NCBI GenBank assembly: GCA_963761055.1
Contig: CAVXFO010000007.1
Coordinates: 425,075-489,074, forward strand
Direction: 5' to 3'
DNA from: an uncultured Actinomycetes bacterium
GTDB lineage: Bacteria; Actinomycetota; Acidimicrobiia; IMCC26256; PALSA-610
Length of the DNA stretch: 64,000 nt
The notes below the pieces were generated by a model. That model saw nothing but the letters and a program-made list of their open reading frames with translations. It was not told the origin of the DNA and did not search any database. Of this stretch, positions 48,419 to 58,957 are shown one piece after another (within the stretch, counting starts at the first letter, position 1; the number at the start of each line of letters is the position of its first letter). A program made the position numbers and the translations under genes.

Positions 48419-49498
48419 TCACGTGGACGTCGGTGAGGTCTTCCGGCGGCGGAGACTGCGCAACCGGGAGGTCACGAGGCGCCGTCCCCCACCGACGATG
48501 CCGTCGGGAAGAACGTACATGAGAAGAATCAGCCCGATGCCGTAAATCGCCGGCGACAGGAGATTCTTGACGGAGTCGTTGATGTGCCAGAACAAGATCG
48601 TGTTCGGGAACGACTCGCTGATGTAGCGACCGCTGAACACGACGATGATCCCGCCGGCCAGCGGTCCGAGAACGGTCGCGGTGCCGCCGATGACGACGGC
48701 GACGAGGAACTCGATCGAGAGCTGGAACGTCGCGACCGACGAAGCTGTCGCGAGCCGCTTCACGAGCACGAAGCACGAGCCCGCGACACCCGCGTACAAC
48801 GCGCTCGTCGCGAAGGCGATGACCTTGACCCGGGCAACGTTGATACCGACCGTCTCTGCGGCCGCCTCGTGGTCGCGCACCGCGATCAGCGCCCGGCCGA
48901 AACGGCTGCGCACGATCAGGAACAGCGCGACGATCCCGATCACCGAGATCGCGAGCGTCGCGTAGTACGCCCACTGATCGGGATGGCCGACGAACGTCGG
49001 GGTCCACGACGGCGGGAGCAGCTTCACCCGTGGCAGCTCGCCGACCTGCGAGGTCCCGCACGTTGCACAGAGATCGTGCGGGACGAAACGGTTCGTCAGC
49101 TGCGGGAACAGCACCGCGAGACCGAGTGTGACGAGCGCGAGGTACAGCCCCTTGACCCGCAGGGCCGGAAAGCCGACCAACACCCCGACGCCGAACGACA
49201 GCGCACCCGCGACGAGCAGGGTCGGAGCGAACGGCCAGTCGTGCGACTGCATCAAGATCGCGGTCGTGTACATGCCGAGCCCGAAGAACGCGCCGTGCCC
49301 GATCGAAACCTGACCGTTGTACCCGGTCAGCAGATTGAGGCCCATCGCGGCGACGCCGATGTACAAAGCCTCGGCCCAGAGGTACGTGGTGCCCTGCTCG
49401 TAGAACTGCGGGATGTACCAACCGAACACGTAGACCGCGACGATCAGCACCGCGATCGCGGCGACCACGCGGATGGTCTGCGGGCGGTCGAGCCTCAC
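48419..49498 (-). CDS. livM: branched-chain amino acid ABC transporter permease
   Basis: LNLLTGYNGQVSIGHGAFFGLG motif. The GTG start overlaps the livH stop (GTGA). Confidence 0.85.
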   Translation of the reverse strand: MRLDRPQTIRVVAAIAVLIVAVYVFGWYIPQFYEQGTTYLWAEALYIGVAAMGLNLLTGYNGQVSIGHGAFFGLGMYTTAILMQSHDWPFAPTLLVAGALSFGVGVLVGFPALRVKGLYLALVTLGLAVLFPQLTNRFVPHDLCATCGTSQVGELPRVKLLPPSWTPTFVGHPDQWAYYATLAISVIGIVALFLIVRSRFGRALIAVRDHEAAAETVGINVARVKVIAFATSALYAGVAGSCFVLVKRLATASSVATFQLSIEFLVAVVIGGTATVLGPLAGGIIVVFSGRYISESFPNTILFWHINDSVKNLLSPAIYGIGLILLMYVLPDGIVGGGRRLVTSRLRSLRRRKTSPTST

Positions 49499-50373
49499 AC
49501 GCGCTCCACACGCCGGGAGCCGAAGAGCCCCGATGGCCGGAACAGCAACACGATCAGGATGAGCCCGAACGGGACCACGAGCTCGATGTCGTGCACGACG
49601 TGCAGGTATTGCGTTGTCATCGTGCCCGCGACACCGACGATCAATCCGGCAACGACGGCGCCGAGCGGGCTGTCGAACCCGCCCAACGCGGCGGCCGCGA
49701 ACGAGTACACGAGGATCTCCTGCATGCTCGCGCCCTGCAGACCGACCGGCGCGACGACGAGCGCGCCCGCGAGCGCGCCGATTGCGGCGGCCATCGCCCA
49801 GCCCAACATCAATATCCGCCCGACCGGTACGCCGACGAGTCGGGTCGACTCGGGATTCGAGGCGACGGCCCGGAACGCCAAGCCGATGCGCGTCCGGTTC
49901 AGCAGCAGGTAGAGGATCAGGCACTCGGCCAGGAGCACACCGACGAGCACGAGCGTGTCACTCGAGATCTGCACGTTGCCGGGCAACCAGGTCTTGTTCG
50001 GATAGGCACGCGGCAACAGCTTGATGTCGTTGCCGAACTGCACCTGCGCGATCGAGTTGATCGCGAGGAACATGCCGATGGTGACGATCACCAACACGAG
50101 CGGCGACGCCTGCTCGACCGGGCGGATCAGGATGCGCTCGATCGCCGCGCCACCGACGAACGAGATCACCATCGCCAGCAAGATCGCGGTCCAGACGGGA
50201 ACGCTGCGCTGCGTCAGGAACCAGACGATGTACGTCGAATACAGCGCCATCTCGCCCTGGGCGAAGTTCAAGATCCCCGTAGTGCGGAACACGAGCACGA
50301 GCGCGAGCGCCAACGACGCGTAGACGGCGCCACTGCCGATCCCGTTCATCAGCTGGGTGAGGAAGAGCGACAT
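49495..50373 (-). CDS. livH: branched-chain amino acid ABC transporter permease
   Basis: MSLFLTQLMNGIGSGAVYASLALALVLVFRTTGILNFAQGE. The ATG shares one nt with the upstream stop (TGATG). Confidence 0.85.
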   Translation of the reverse strand: MSLFLTQLMNGIGSGAVYASLALALVLVFRTTGILNFAQGEMALYSTYIVWFLTQRSVPVWTAILLAMVISFVGGAAIERILIRPVEQASPLVLVIVTIGMFLAINSIAQVQFGNDIKLLPRAYPNKTWLPGNVQISSDTLVLVGVLLAECLILYLLLNRTRIGLAFRAVASNPESTRLVGVPVGRILMLGWAMAAAIGALAGALVVAPVGLQGASMQEILVYSFAAAALGGFDSPLGAVVAGLIVGVAGTMTTQYLHVVHDIELVVPFGLILIVLLFRPSGLFGSRRVERV

Positions 50374-51800
50374 CAGATGCCCAAATACGCGCGGCGCACG
50401 TCGTCGTTGCTCGCCAGATCGGCCGCGGAACCCGAGCTCACGATCGTCCCGGTCTCGAGCACGTACCCGCGCACCGCGAGCTTCAACGCGAGTCCCGCGT
50501 TCTGCTCGACGACGAGCATCGAGGTGCCGTCCTCCCGGTTGAGATCGCCGAGCGTGCGGAACAGCTCCTGGGTCACGATCGGCGCCAACCCGAGCGAAGG
50601 CTCGTCGAGCAGCACGAGCTTCGGACGACCCATGAGCGCCCGCGCCACCGCGAGCATCTGCTGCTCGCCCCCGCTCATGCTCCCCGCCTGTTGCGCGCGC
50701 CGATCCTTGAGCCGGGGGAACGTGGTGTACCAACGCTCGATGTCGGAGTCGATGTCGGGTCCGCGACGGCGGTACGCACCGATGCGCAGATTGTCTTCGA
50801 CCGTGAGATCGACGATCGTGCCCCGGCCCTGGGGCACGTGCGCTATGCCCGCGGCCGCGATCTGCTCGGGACGGTGGCCGCCGATCGAACGGCCCTCGAA
50901 GAGGATGCTCCCACCGGTGTCGATCATGCCCGAGATCGCGCGCAGCGTCGTGGTCTTGCCCGCGCCGTTCGCGCCGAGGATGACCACCACTTCGCCGTCG
51001 GCGACCGAGAAGTCGAGACCCTGCAACACCCGTACCGCGCCGTATCCGGCGCGCAGCTCCGAAACCTGGAGCAGCGCGCTCGACGCGGGAGTCCCCAGGT
51101 ATGCCTCGACGACGCGTGGATCGGCGCGTACCTCCGCGGGCGCGCCCTCGGCGATCTTGCTGCCGAAGTCGAGGACCACGACCTTGTCGGAGATCGCCAT
51201 GACCATCGCCATGTGGTGCTCGACGAGCAACACGCTCAACTCGAACTCCGACCGGACGGACCGGATCAGTTCACCGAGCTCGTCGACCTCGGAATGTGTG
51301 AGTCCCGCCGCGGGCTCGTCGAGGAGCAACAACCGGGGTCGGGCCGCGAGCGCACGCGCGATCTCGATGCGTTTGAGCGTCCCGTACGGCAAGCCGACCG
51401 CGGGCCGGGCCGCGAGGTCGTCGAGCGACAGGCGCTGCAGGATCGAATGGGCTTCGGCTCGCCGCTTGGCGTTCACGCGCCCGTGCGTGTAGCCGCCGAT
51501 CAGGACGTTGTCGAGCACCGTCAGGGCCGGAAAGAGCGCGAGGTTCTGGAAGGTGCGGGCAATTCCGACCTTGGCGATCTTGTGCGGCCGCATCCGCAGA
51601 AGGTCGTGGCCGTCGAAGCGGATCTCGCCGCTCGACGGTTGGTAGAGCCGGCTGACGCAGTTGAACAGCGTGGTCTTCCCTGCGCCGTTCGGACCGATGA
51701 GAGCGCAGATCTGTCCGGCCTCGATCGTGAATGTGAGGTCGGCGAGGGCGACGATCCCCCCGAACTCGACCCGAATGTCCTCGACCGACAACAACGCCAC
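50373..51800 (-). CDS. fused LivG-LivF-type ABC ATPase (two nucleotide-binding domains in one ORF)
   Basis: Two Walker A sites (GPNGAGKTT, GANGAGKTT), two signature motifs and two Walker B sites (LLLLDEPAAGL, LVLLDEPSLGL). The domains are joined by ...AYLGTPASSALLQV... with no stop or usable start between them. Confidence 0.8.
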   Translation of the reverse strand: MALLSVEDIRVEFGGIVALADLTFTIEAGQICALIGPNGAGKTTLFNCVSRLYQPSSGEIRFDGHDLLRMRPHKIAKVGIARTFQNLALFPALTVLDNVLIGGYTHGRVNAKRRAEAHSILQRLSLDDLAARPAVGLPYGTLKRIEIARALAARPRLLLLDEPAAGLTHSEVDELGELIRSVRSEFELSVLLVEHHMAMVMAISDKVVVLDFGSKIAEGAPAEVRADPRVVEAYLGTPASSALLQVSELRAGYGAVRVLQGLDFSVADGEVVVILGANGAGKTTTLRAISGMIDTGGSILFEGRSIGGHRPEQIAAAGIAHVPQGRGTIVDLTVEDNLRIGAYRRRGPDIDSDIERWYTTFPRLKDRRAQQAGSMSGGEQQMLAVARALMGRPKLVLLDEPSLGLAPIVTQELFRTLGDLNREDGTSMLVVEQNAGLALKLAVRGYVLETGTIVSSGSAADLASNDDVRRAYLGI

Positions 51801-51872
51801 CGGCGTCCCCCTGGAAACTGCGGAAGCTAGACGGGATATCTACCCGATCCAAGCGCGAATACAAGCGTGCGT

Positions 51873-52652
<780 letters not shown>

Positions 52653-52700
52653 CTACGGCCCGCAGACTTCGAGAACCCGGAGGTGAGACCTCGGAGCCCG

Positions 52701-53966
52701 TCAGAACTCCGAGACAGAGTGCGGACCGACGACCGCGAGCGTGCGGGACGCTCCGGCGAAGACCCGCTCGATGACTCGGTCGACGTCGTCGTCGGTCACC
52801 GCCTCGACGCGCGCGGTCAACTCCTCGAGGGTCGGGATCTCGCCCTCGACCAGCTCCGAGCGCCCGAGCCGGCGCATCCGGCTCGACGACGTCTCGAGCG
52901 ACATTGCCAGCGACCCTACGAGGTGGCCCTTGGCGCCCGCGATCTCGATGTCGGAGAGACCGTTCGCGACGAGCCGATCGAGCTCGGCGCCGATCACTTC
53001 GAGCGTCTCGGGAACGTGCTCGGGCGCGGTCCCGGCGTACACGGCGAGCATGCCGGCATCATCGAAGCCCGCGTGGTACGAGAAGACCGAGTAGGCGAGG
53101 CCGCGAGTCTCGCGGATCTCCTGGAACAGCCGTGACGACATACCGCCCCCGAGCGCCTGGTTCAACACCGTCAGGGCGTATCGGTCCGGATCGAGCGCCG
53201 CGAACGAACGCAGGCCGGTCACGACGTGCGACTGCTCGGAATCGCGGTTGAGTACGACCAAGGGTGAGGCGGCCGCAGGCTTCTCACGCGGACGACCCGG
53301 CCGTTCGCCGTCGATCGCCGGGAATCGAGCCTCGACCAGGTCGAGCACTCCCTCGTGCGTGAGGTTGCCGGCCGCGGCCAGCACGACGTTCGACGGGACA
53401 TAGTGCGCGCCGTGATACGCGGCGATGTCGCCACGGGCCATTGCGGTGATCGACCCCTCGCTGCCGAGCACCTCTCGGCCGAGCGAATGCCCCGGGAACA
53501 GCGCGGCCGCGAACAGATCGTGCACGAGATCGTCGGGTGTGTCGTCGCGCATCCCGATCTCTTCGAGGATCACCCGGCGCTCCGCCTCGACATCGTCGAC
53601 GCGAAAGGCCGGGTGCCACAACACGTCGGCGAGCACCCCGAACGCGTTCTCGAGCTGCGTGTCGGGGACCCGCATGTAGAACACGGTCTGTTCGTGTGTC
53701 GTGAACGCGTTCATCTCGCCGCCGACCGACTCGATCGCCTCCGCGATCTCGCGGGCGCTCAGCCGATCGGTGCCTTTGAACAGCAGGTGCTCGAGGAAGT
53801 GACTGGCACCCCATTGCGCACCCTGCTCGTCGCGCGCGCCACTCCCGACCCACGCGCCGAGGGTGACCGAGCGGAGTCCGGGCAGGGCTTCGGTGACGAC
53901 GCGCAAGCCGGAGGGCAGGCGCGTGCGCCCGACTCCGTTCGCGGACGGGTTCGCGGCGCCGTTCAC
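52701..53966 (-). CDS. M16-family zinc peptidase
   Basis: HFLEHLLFKGT (HxxEH). The start is set at GTG 53966, downstream of the pnp stop, and is uncertain. Confidence 0.85.
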   Translation of the reverse strand: MNGAANPSANGVGRTRLPSGLRVVTEALPGLRSVTLGAWVGSGARDEQGAQWGASHFLEHLLFKGTDRLSAREIAEAIESVGGEMNAFTTHEQTVFYMRVPDTQLENAFGVLADVLWHPAFRVDDVEAERRVILEEIGMRDDTPDDLVHDLFAAALFPGHSLGREVLGSEGSITAMARGDIAAYHGAHYVPSNVVLAAAGNLTHEGVLDLVEARFPAIDGERPGRPREKPAAASPLVVLNRDSEQSHVVTGLRSFAALDPDRYALTVLNQALGGGMSSRLFQEIRETRGLAYSVFSYHAGFDDAGMLAVYAGTAPEHVPETLEVIGAELDRLVANGLSDIEIAGAKGHLVGSLAMSLETSSSRMRRLGRSELVEGEIPTLEELTARVEAVTDDDVDRVIERVFAGASRTLAVVGPHSVSEF

Positions 53967-53994
53967 AATGCCGCGTCCGCTCTGCCCTGCGGGC

Positions 53995-56496
53995 TCAGCG
54001 CCGCGGACCACCGCGCCGGGCGCCGCCGCGACCGCCTCGCCCACCGCGGCCACGGTCGCCGCCGGCGCCGGACTTCTCCGGCTCGGCTGCGGGCCCGAGG
54101 TCACCGAACTCTTCGCGGGCCTGCTCTTCCCACGCCGACTCGAACGACGCCGTCACCCGAGGGGAGGACGCCTCGCGCGCCCCGCCCGAATCCCGGGACG
54201 ACTCCCGGGGGGGACGGTCACCGCGCGGCGCCCGCGACTCGCGGTCACGGTCGCGAGGGCCACTGGCGTTGCCGCCACCGCCACCGCCACCGTCGCCACC
54301 GGTGTCGTCACCGTCGTCGCCGAGCAGCGAGAGCGAGAGCTTGCCGTTCTGGTCGATGTCGTCGACCTTGACCGACAGCTCGTCGCCGAGCGCGAGCACA
54401 TCTTCGACCCGGTCGATGCGCTTGCCGCGACCGAGCTTGGAGATGTGAATGAGACCGTCGCGACCCGGGAGAATGTTGACGAACGCACCGAACTTGGTGA
54501 TGTTGACGACCCGGCCTTCGTAGACCGCACCCACCTCGGCGGACGGCGGGTCGAGGATGAGCTCGATCCGGCGCTGCGCCTCGGAGACGGCCGCTCCGTC
54601 CTTGGATCCGATCGACACGATGCCGACGCCGTCGGCGTCCTGCACCGAGATGTCGGCGCCCGTCTCCTGCTGAATCGTGTTGATGACCTTGCCCTTGGGC
54701 CCGATGACCTCGCCGATCTTGTCGACGGGGATCTCGAAGCTGACGATCTTCGGGGCCGTGGTGCGCACCTCTCCGCGCGGCTGCGCAATCGCACCTTCCA
54801 TGACCGCGAGGATCTTCAGCCGGGCGTCCTTGGCCTGCAGCAGCGCGGCGGCGAGGACGTCGGCAGGAATGCCGGCGATCTTCGTGTCGAGCTGCAGCGC
54901 GGTGACGAACTCCGACGTACCGGCGACCTTGAAGTCCATGTCGCCGAACGCGTCTTCCTGGCCGAGGATGTCGGTGAGGGTCGTGTACTTGCCCTCCGCG
55001 AACACCAGGCCCATCGCGATACCCGCGACCGGCGCCTTGATCGGCACACCGGCGTCCATCAGCGAGAGGCTGGAGCCGCAGACCGACGCCATCGAAGTGG
55101 AGCCGTTCGACGCGAGCACGTCGGAGACGACCCGCATCGTGTAGGGCCACTCGAGGCTGCTCGGCAGCACCGGGATCAACGCCCGCTCGGCCAGCGCGCC
55201 GTGACCGATCTCGCGGCGCTTCGGCGAACCGACCCGGCCCGTCTCGCCCGTCGAGAACGGCGGGAAGTTGTAGTGGTGCATGTACTTCTTGCGGGTCTCG
55301 AGCGTGATCGTGTCGAGCATCTGCTCCATACGGGGCATGGCAAGCGTCGCAACGTCGAGCACCTGCGTCTCGCCCCGCTGGAAGAGCGACGAGCCGTGCG
55401 CGGTGTCGAGGACCCCGACCTCGGCCGACAGCGGCCGGATGTCGGCGGGACCGCGACCGTCGATGCGTACGCCCTCGTTGACGATCCGGCGCCGGACGAC
55501 TTCCTTCTGCAGCGAACGGAAGGCCTTCTTGACCTCGCCCGCCTGCTCGGCGTGCACGCCGGGCGCGTCGACCGTGCCGACCAGCGCGGCCTGGATGCCG
55601 ACGAGGATCTCGTCGAGCTTCGCGTTGCGCTCGGCCTTGTCGGCGATCTTCATCGCCGCGTCGGTCGTGGACTCGGCGTGTGCCTTCACCGCCGCGTACA
55701 CCGCGGGGGTGTAGTCGATGTTCGGCATGTACTCGACCGGCGTGATCGGCCCGCGAGCCTTGATGAACTCCTCGCGCAGCTTCTTCTGGAGCTCGATCGA
55801 AGCGTTGATCCACTTCTTCGATTCCTCGAGGCCGCCCGCGATGAGCTCTTCGGTCATCTTCGGGGCGCCCTCTTCGTAGAGCTCCCACGTGCGTTCGGTG
55901 CCACCGGCTTCGACCATCATGATCGCGACGTCGCCGTCGGGAAGCTGACGGCCGGCGACGACGATCTCGAAGGTCGAGTCGTCGCCCTCTTGGAACGTGG
56001 GGTGCGCGATCCACTCGCCGTTGTGATGGGCGAGGCGCACCGCGCCGATCGGGCCGTCGAACGGAATGCCCGAGACCGTGAGCGCGGCAGATGCGCCGTT
56101 GATCGACACGACGTCGTGCGGGTTCTCGAGGTCCACGCCGAGGATCGTCGCGATGACCTGGACCTCGTTGCGGAAGTCGGCCGGGAACGACGGACGCAGC
56201 GGCCGGTCGGTCAGACGACAGGTGAGGATCGCGAGCTCGCCGGGGCGACCCTCGCGCCGGAAGAACGAGCCGGGGATCTTGCCCGCGGCATACGCCCGCT
56301 CCTCGACGTCGACCGTCAGCGGGAAGAAGTCGATGCCCTCACGGGGCTTCGAGGTGGCGACCGTCGACAGCAACGTGGTGCCACCGACCTTGACGAAGAC
56401 GGCGCCTGCGGCCAGGGAGGCCAGCTTGCCCGTCTCGAGGGTCATCTCGAGGCCGGCGGCGTTGATAGGACCGGAAACCGAAATTGCGTCACTCAC
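53995..56496 (-). CDS. pnp: polyribonucleotide nucleotidyltransferase (PNPase) with a Gly/Arg-rich C-terminal extension
   Basis: Two RNase PH domains, KH and S1 (GRVVNITKFGAFVNILPGRDGLIHISK). The tail is ...GGDGGGGGGGN...GGDRGRGGRGGRGGARRGGPRR. GTG start at 56496, preceded by GAGAGGA. Confidence 0.95.
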   Translation of the reverse strand: MSDAISVSGPINAAGLEMTLETGKLASLAAGAVFVKVGGTTLLSTVATSKPREGIDFFPLTVDVEERAYAAGKIPGSFFRREGRPGELAILTCRLTDRPLRPSFPADFRNEVQVIATILGVDLENPHDVVSINGASAALTVSGIPFDGPIGAVRLAHHNGEWIAHPTFQEGDDSTFEIVVAGRQLPDGDVAIMMVEAGGTERTWELYEEGAPKMTEELIAGGLEESKKWINASIELQKKLREEFIKARGPITPVEYMPNIDYTPAVYAAVKAHAESTTDAAMKIADKAERNAKLDEILVGIQAALVGTVDAPGVHAEQAGEVKKAFRSLQKEVVRRRIVNEGVRIDGRGPADIRPLSAEVGVLDTAHGSSLFQRGETQVLDVATLAMPRMEQMLDTITLETRKKYMHHYNFPPFSTGETGRVGSPKRREIGHGALAERALIPVLPSSLEWPYTMRVVSDVLASNGSTSMASVCGSSLSLMDAGVPIKAPVAGIAMGLVFAEGKYTTLTDILGQEDAFGDMDFKVAGTSEFVTALQLDTKIAGIPADVLAAALLQAKDARLKILAVMEGAIAQPRGEVRTTAPKIVSFEIPVDKIGEVIGPKGKVINTIQQETGADISVQDADGVGIVSIGSKDGAAVSEAQRRIELILDPPSAEVGAVYEGRVVNITKFGAFVNILPGRDGLIHISKLGRGKRIDRVEDVLALGDELSVKVDDIDQNGKLSLSLLGDDGDDTGGDGGGGGGGNASGPRDRDRESRAPRGDRPPRESSRDSGGAREASSPRVTASFESAWEEQAREEFGDLGPAAEPEKSGAGGDRGRGGRGGRGGARRGGPRR

Positions 56497-56654
56497 GCAA
56501 AGGTTCCTCTCTGTTTGAGCGAGAGGCACCGGTTCCCAGTTGTCAACGTCCGGGGATCGATCTTTCGAAGTCCGGGCGGTGGCGACTGACAACCGACATC
56601 TGCTCTCGCATGATTTCGAATGTCAATTTCTTCGAGATCGATGCCTCGAAGTTC

Positions 56655-56680
56655 GCGAGGAGCGGATGGCCGCTCCTCGC
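56655..56680 (-). terminator. hairpin GCGAGGAGCGG-atgg-CCGCTCCTCGC just after the rpsO stop
   Basis: Perfect 11-bp stem with a 4-nt loop, 9 nt downstream of the rpsO stop, inside the 192-nt rpsO-pnp spacer. Confidence 0.5.
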
Positions 56681-56688
56681 GCGAATCC

Positions 56689-56946
56689 CTAGCGACGGAT
56701 GCCGAGCTTGGCGATGAGCGCTCGGTACCGCTCGATGTTGTTGCGCCGGAGGTAGTCGAGCATCCGCCGACGGCGGCCGACGAGCATCAGCAGACCCCGC
56801 TGCGTGTGGAAGTCCTTCTTGTGGACCTTCATGTGCTCCGTCAGATGACGGATGCGCTCCGTCAGGAGTGCGATCTGCACCTCCGCCGAGCCGGTGTCGG
56901 TCTCGTGGAGGCGGTTATCGCTGATCGTTGCGGCCTTGTCGGGCAT
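56689..56946 (-). CDS. rpsO: 30S ribosomal protein S15
   Basis: Internal [52 protein letters not shown]. Confidence 0.95.
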   Translation of the reverse strand: MPDKAATISDNRLHETDTGSAEVQIALLTERIRHLTEHMKVHKKDFHTQRGLLMLVGRRRRMLDYLRRNNIERYRALIAKLGIRR

Positions 56947-57032
56947 ACGTGCGTTCGAACCTTCTTCGATTTTCTCGTGTTTCGTTACGGATTCAGCGAG
57001 GGAGGCTACCAGACCTGCCGTGCCCACCCCGG

Positions 57033-57983
57033 TTACCCGGCCGGATGCAGGGTCCGCACCTCGGCTACGTCGCGGCGCATCTGGGCGACGAGATCGGCGA
57101 CGTCGTCGAATCGCTCCTGGCCCCGCAGCCGGTGGGTGAACCGGACCCGGGCCGGCTGGTCGTAGAGATCACCGTCGAAATCGAGGACGTACGCCTCGAC
57201 CAGAAACATCCCTGCTTCGGCGTAGAACGTGGGCCGGCGCCCGGCCGAGATCGCGGCCGGCCGGGAGATCCCGTCGGCGCCGGAGAACGTCCCCGCGTAG
57301 ACGCCGTCGTCCGGTAGACAGATGTTGGCCGGCACGCCCACGTTGGCGGTCGGGAAGCCGAGCTCACGACCCCGGGCGTCGCCGCGCTCCACCGTCCCCC
57401 GCACCTCGTGCGGGCGGCCGAGCATCACCGCCGCGCCTTCGACGTCACCGCGGGCGATGAGCTCACGGATCCGGGTCGACGAGTACGGGATGCCGGCATC
57501 GCGCCGGGGTGCGGCAACGAGGCCCAGCCCGATCGTCTCGAACCCGAGCTCGGCGCCCATCAACTGCAGCAGTGGGACATCGCCGTGGCGCCGGTGCCCG
57601 AAATGGAAGTCGGCGCCGACGACGACGAGGCGGGCGCGCAACGCGCTCGCGAGCAGCTCCTCGACGAACTGTTCGGCGGGCTCCTTGCTGCGGGCGGCGT
57701 CGAACGGCAAGACGAGGCATTCGTCGACCGAACCCGTCGCCTCGAGCAATTCGAGCTTCTGATCGAGAGTGGTCAGGAGCTTGGGTGCGGATCCGGGCCG
57801 GACGACCTCGGCCGGATGCCGGTCGAAGGTGAGCACCGTTGCCACGAGTCCGCGCGCCTCTGCCAGCTCGCGCACGAGACGCAGCACGGCTTGATGACCG
57901 AGGTGGACACCGTCGAACGCGCCGATCGTCACCGCGCGCCCCGGCGCCGGAACGATCTCGGCCGGATCCCGGTAGATCCTCAC
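57033..57983 (-). CDS. ribF: bifunctional riboflavin kinase / FMN adenylyltransferase
   Basis: [11 protein letters not shown], the FGHRRHGD region, and a kinase domain ([21 protein letters not shown]). Confidence 0.92.
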   Translation of the reverse strand: MRIYRDPAEIVPAPGRAVTIGAFDGVHLGHQAVLRLVRELAEARGLVATVLTFDRHPAEVVRPGSAPKLLTTLDQKLELLEATGSVDECLVLPFDAARSKEPAEQFVEELLASALRARLVVVGADFHFGHRRHGDVPLLQLMGAELGFETIGLGLVAAPRRDAGIPYSSTRIRELIARGDVEGAAVMLGRPHEVRGTVERGDARGRELGFPTANVGVPANICLPDDGVYAGTFSGADGISRPAAISAGRRPTFYAEAGMFLVEAYVLDFDGDLYDQPARVRFTHRLRGQERFDDVADLVAQMRRDVAEVRTLHPAG

Positions 57984-57990
57984 GAGGGCC

Positions 57991-58899
57991 TCATGAAGCG
58001 CCTCGTGAGATCGATGTCTCGGTCGCGACGACGACCGACGGCTTGACCCCGCCGCCGCGGCGCTCGTACACCGCGAGCAGCGTTCCGTGTTCGTCGACGA
58101 TCGCGAACGGTCCGGCGCCGGTGCGTTCGCCCAGCAACGCGGGCGCGGCGAACGTGGCGCCGTGCGAGACGGCGCGGGCGCGTTCGACGTCGACGCTCAC
58201 CATCTCGAGGTCGCGCATTGCCTCCGTCGGCGGCCGGACCGCGGCGTCGGGATCGGATTCGATCGCCTCGATCGGGCGGGCGTCGTCGAGGGTGAAGCCG
58301 CCGACCCGCAGTCGCCGCAGACCGCCCAGATGCGCGCACCCGCCGAGCGCGCTGCCGAGGTCGGCGGCGAGTGTGCGGATGTAGGTGCCACTCGAGCACG
58401 CGACCCGGATCGTCGCTTCGGGGTACGCGCCCTCCTCGAGCTCCTCCACGACGAGCTCGCCGATGTGCACGGGCCGGGCCGCACGCTCGATCTCCTCACC
58501 CGCCCGCGCCATCTCGTAGAGCTTGCGACCGCCCACCTTCAGCGCCGACACCATGGGCGGGACCTGCTCGATGTCGCCGACGAACGCGCGGGCGGCGTTT
58601 TCGAGGTCGGCGCGCGTGACCTTCATCTCGGTCCGTTCCAGTACTGCCCCCGACGCGTCAAGCGTGTCGGTCGCGACCCCGAACACGACGCGGCCGCGGT
58701 ACTCCTTGCCCGCTTCCTGCAGGTATCGCAGCAAGCGAGTGACCCGGCCCAGGCCGACGAGGAGCACTCCGGTGGCGTCGGGATCGAGGGTTCCCGCGTG
58801 CCCGATGCGGCGCTGCCCGTACACGCCCCGCAACTTGGCTACGACATCGTGACTGGTCCATCCCGGTGCCTTGTCGACCACGACGAGGCCGTCTCGCAT
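57991..58899 (-). CDS. truB: tRNA pseudouridine(55) synthase
   Basis: Internal ATG. VVVDKAPGWTSHDVV, the HAGTLDPDATGVL catalytic Asp region, and QVPPMVSALKVGG. Confidence 0.92.
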   Translation of the reverse strand: MRDGLVVVDKAPGWTSHDVVAKLRGVYGQRRIGHAGTLDPDATGVLLVGLGRVTRLLRYLQEAGKEYRGRVVFGVATDTLDASGAVLERTEMKVTRADLENAARAFVGDIEQVPPMVSALKVGGRKLYEMARAGEEIERAARPVHIGELVVEELEEGAYPEATIRVACSSGTYIRTLAADLGSALGGCAHLGGLRRLRVGGFTLDDARPIEAIESDPDAAVRPPTEAMRDLEMVSVDVERARAVSHGATFAAPALLGERTGAGPFAIVDEHGTLLAVYERRGGGVKPSVVVATETSISRGAS

Positions 58900-58957
58900 C
58901 GACTCCGAATTCCTCACGCCTCGACTGCCAGGGTCGCCGCGCTCGAATACACGCGGT

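Noticed and set aside
53863-56589. 908-aa plus-strand ORF
   Set aside because: It is antisense to pnp, with a shadow-ORF composition and no recognisable domain. The same applies to 36839..38749 (antisense to ftsK), 39260..41734 (antisense to rnj), 62455..63741 (antisense to infB) and 41281..42795.
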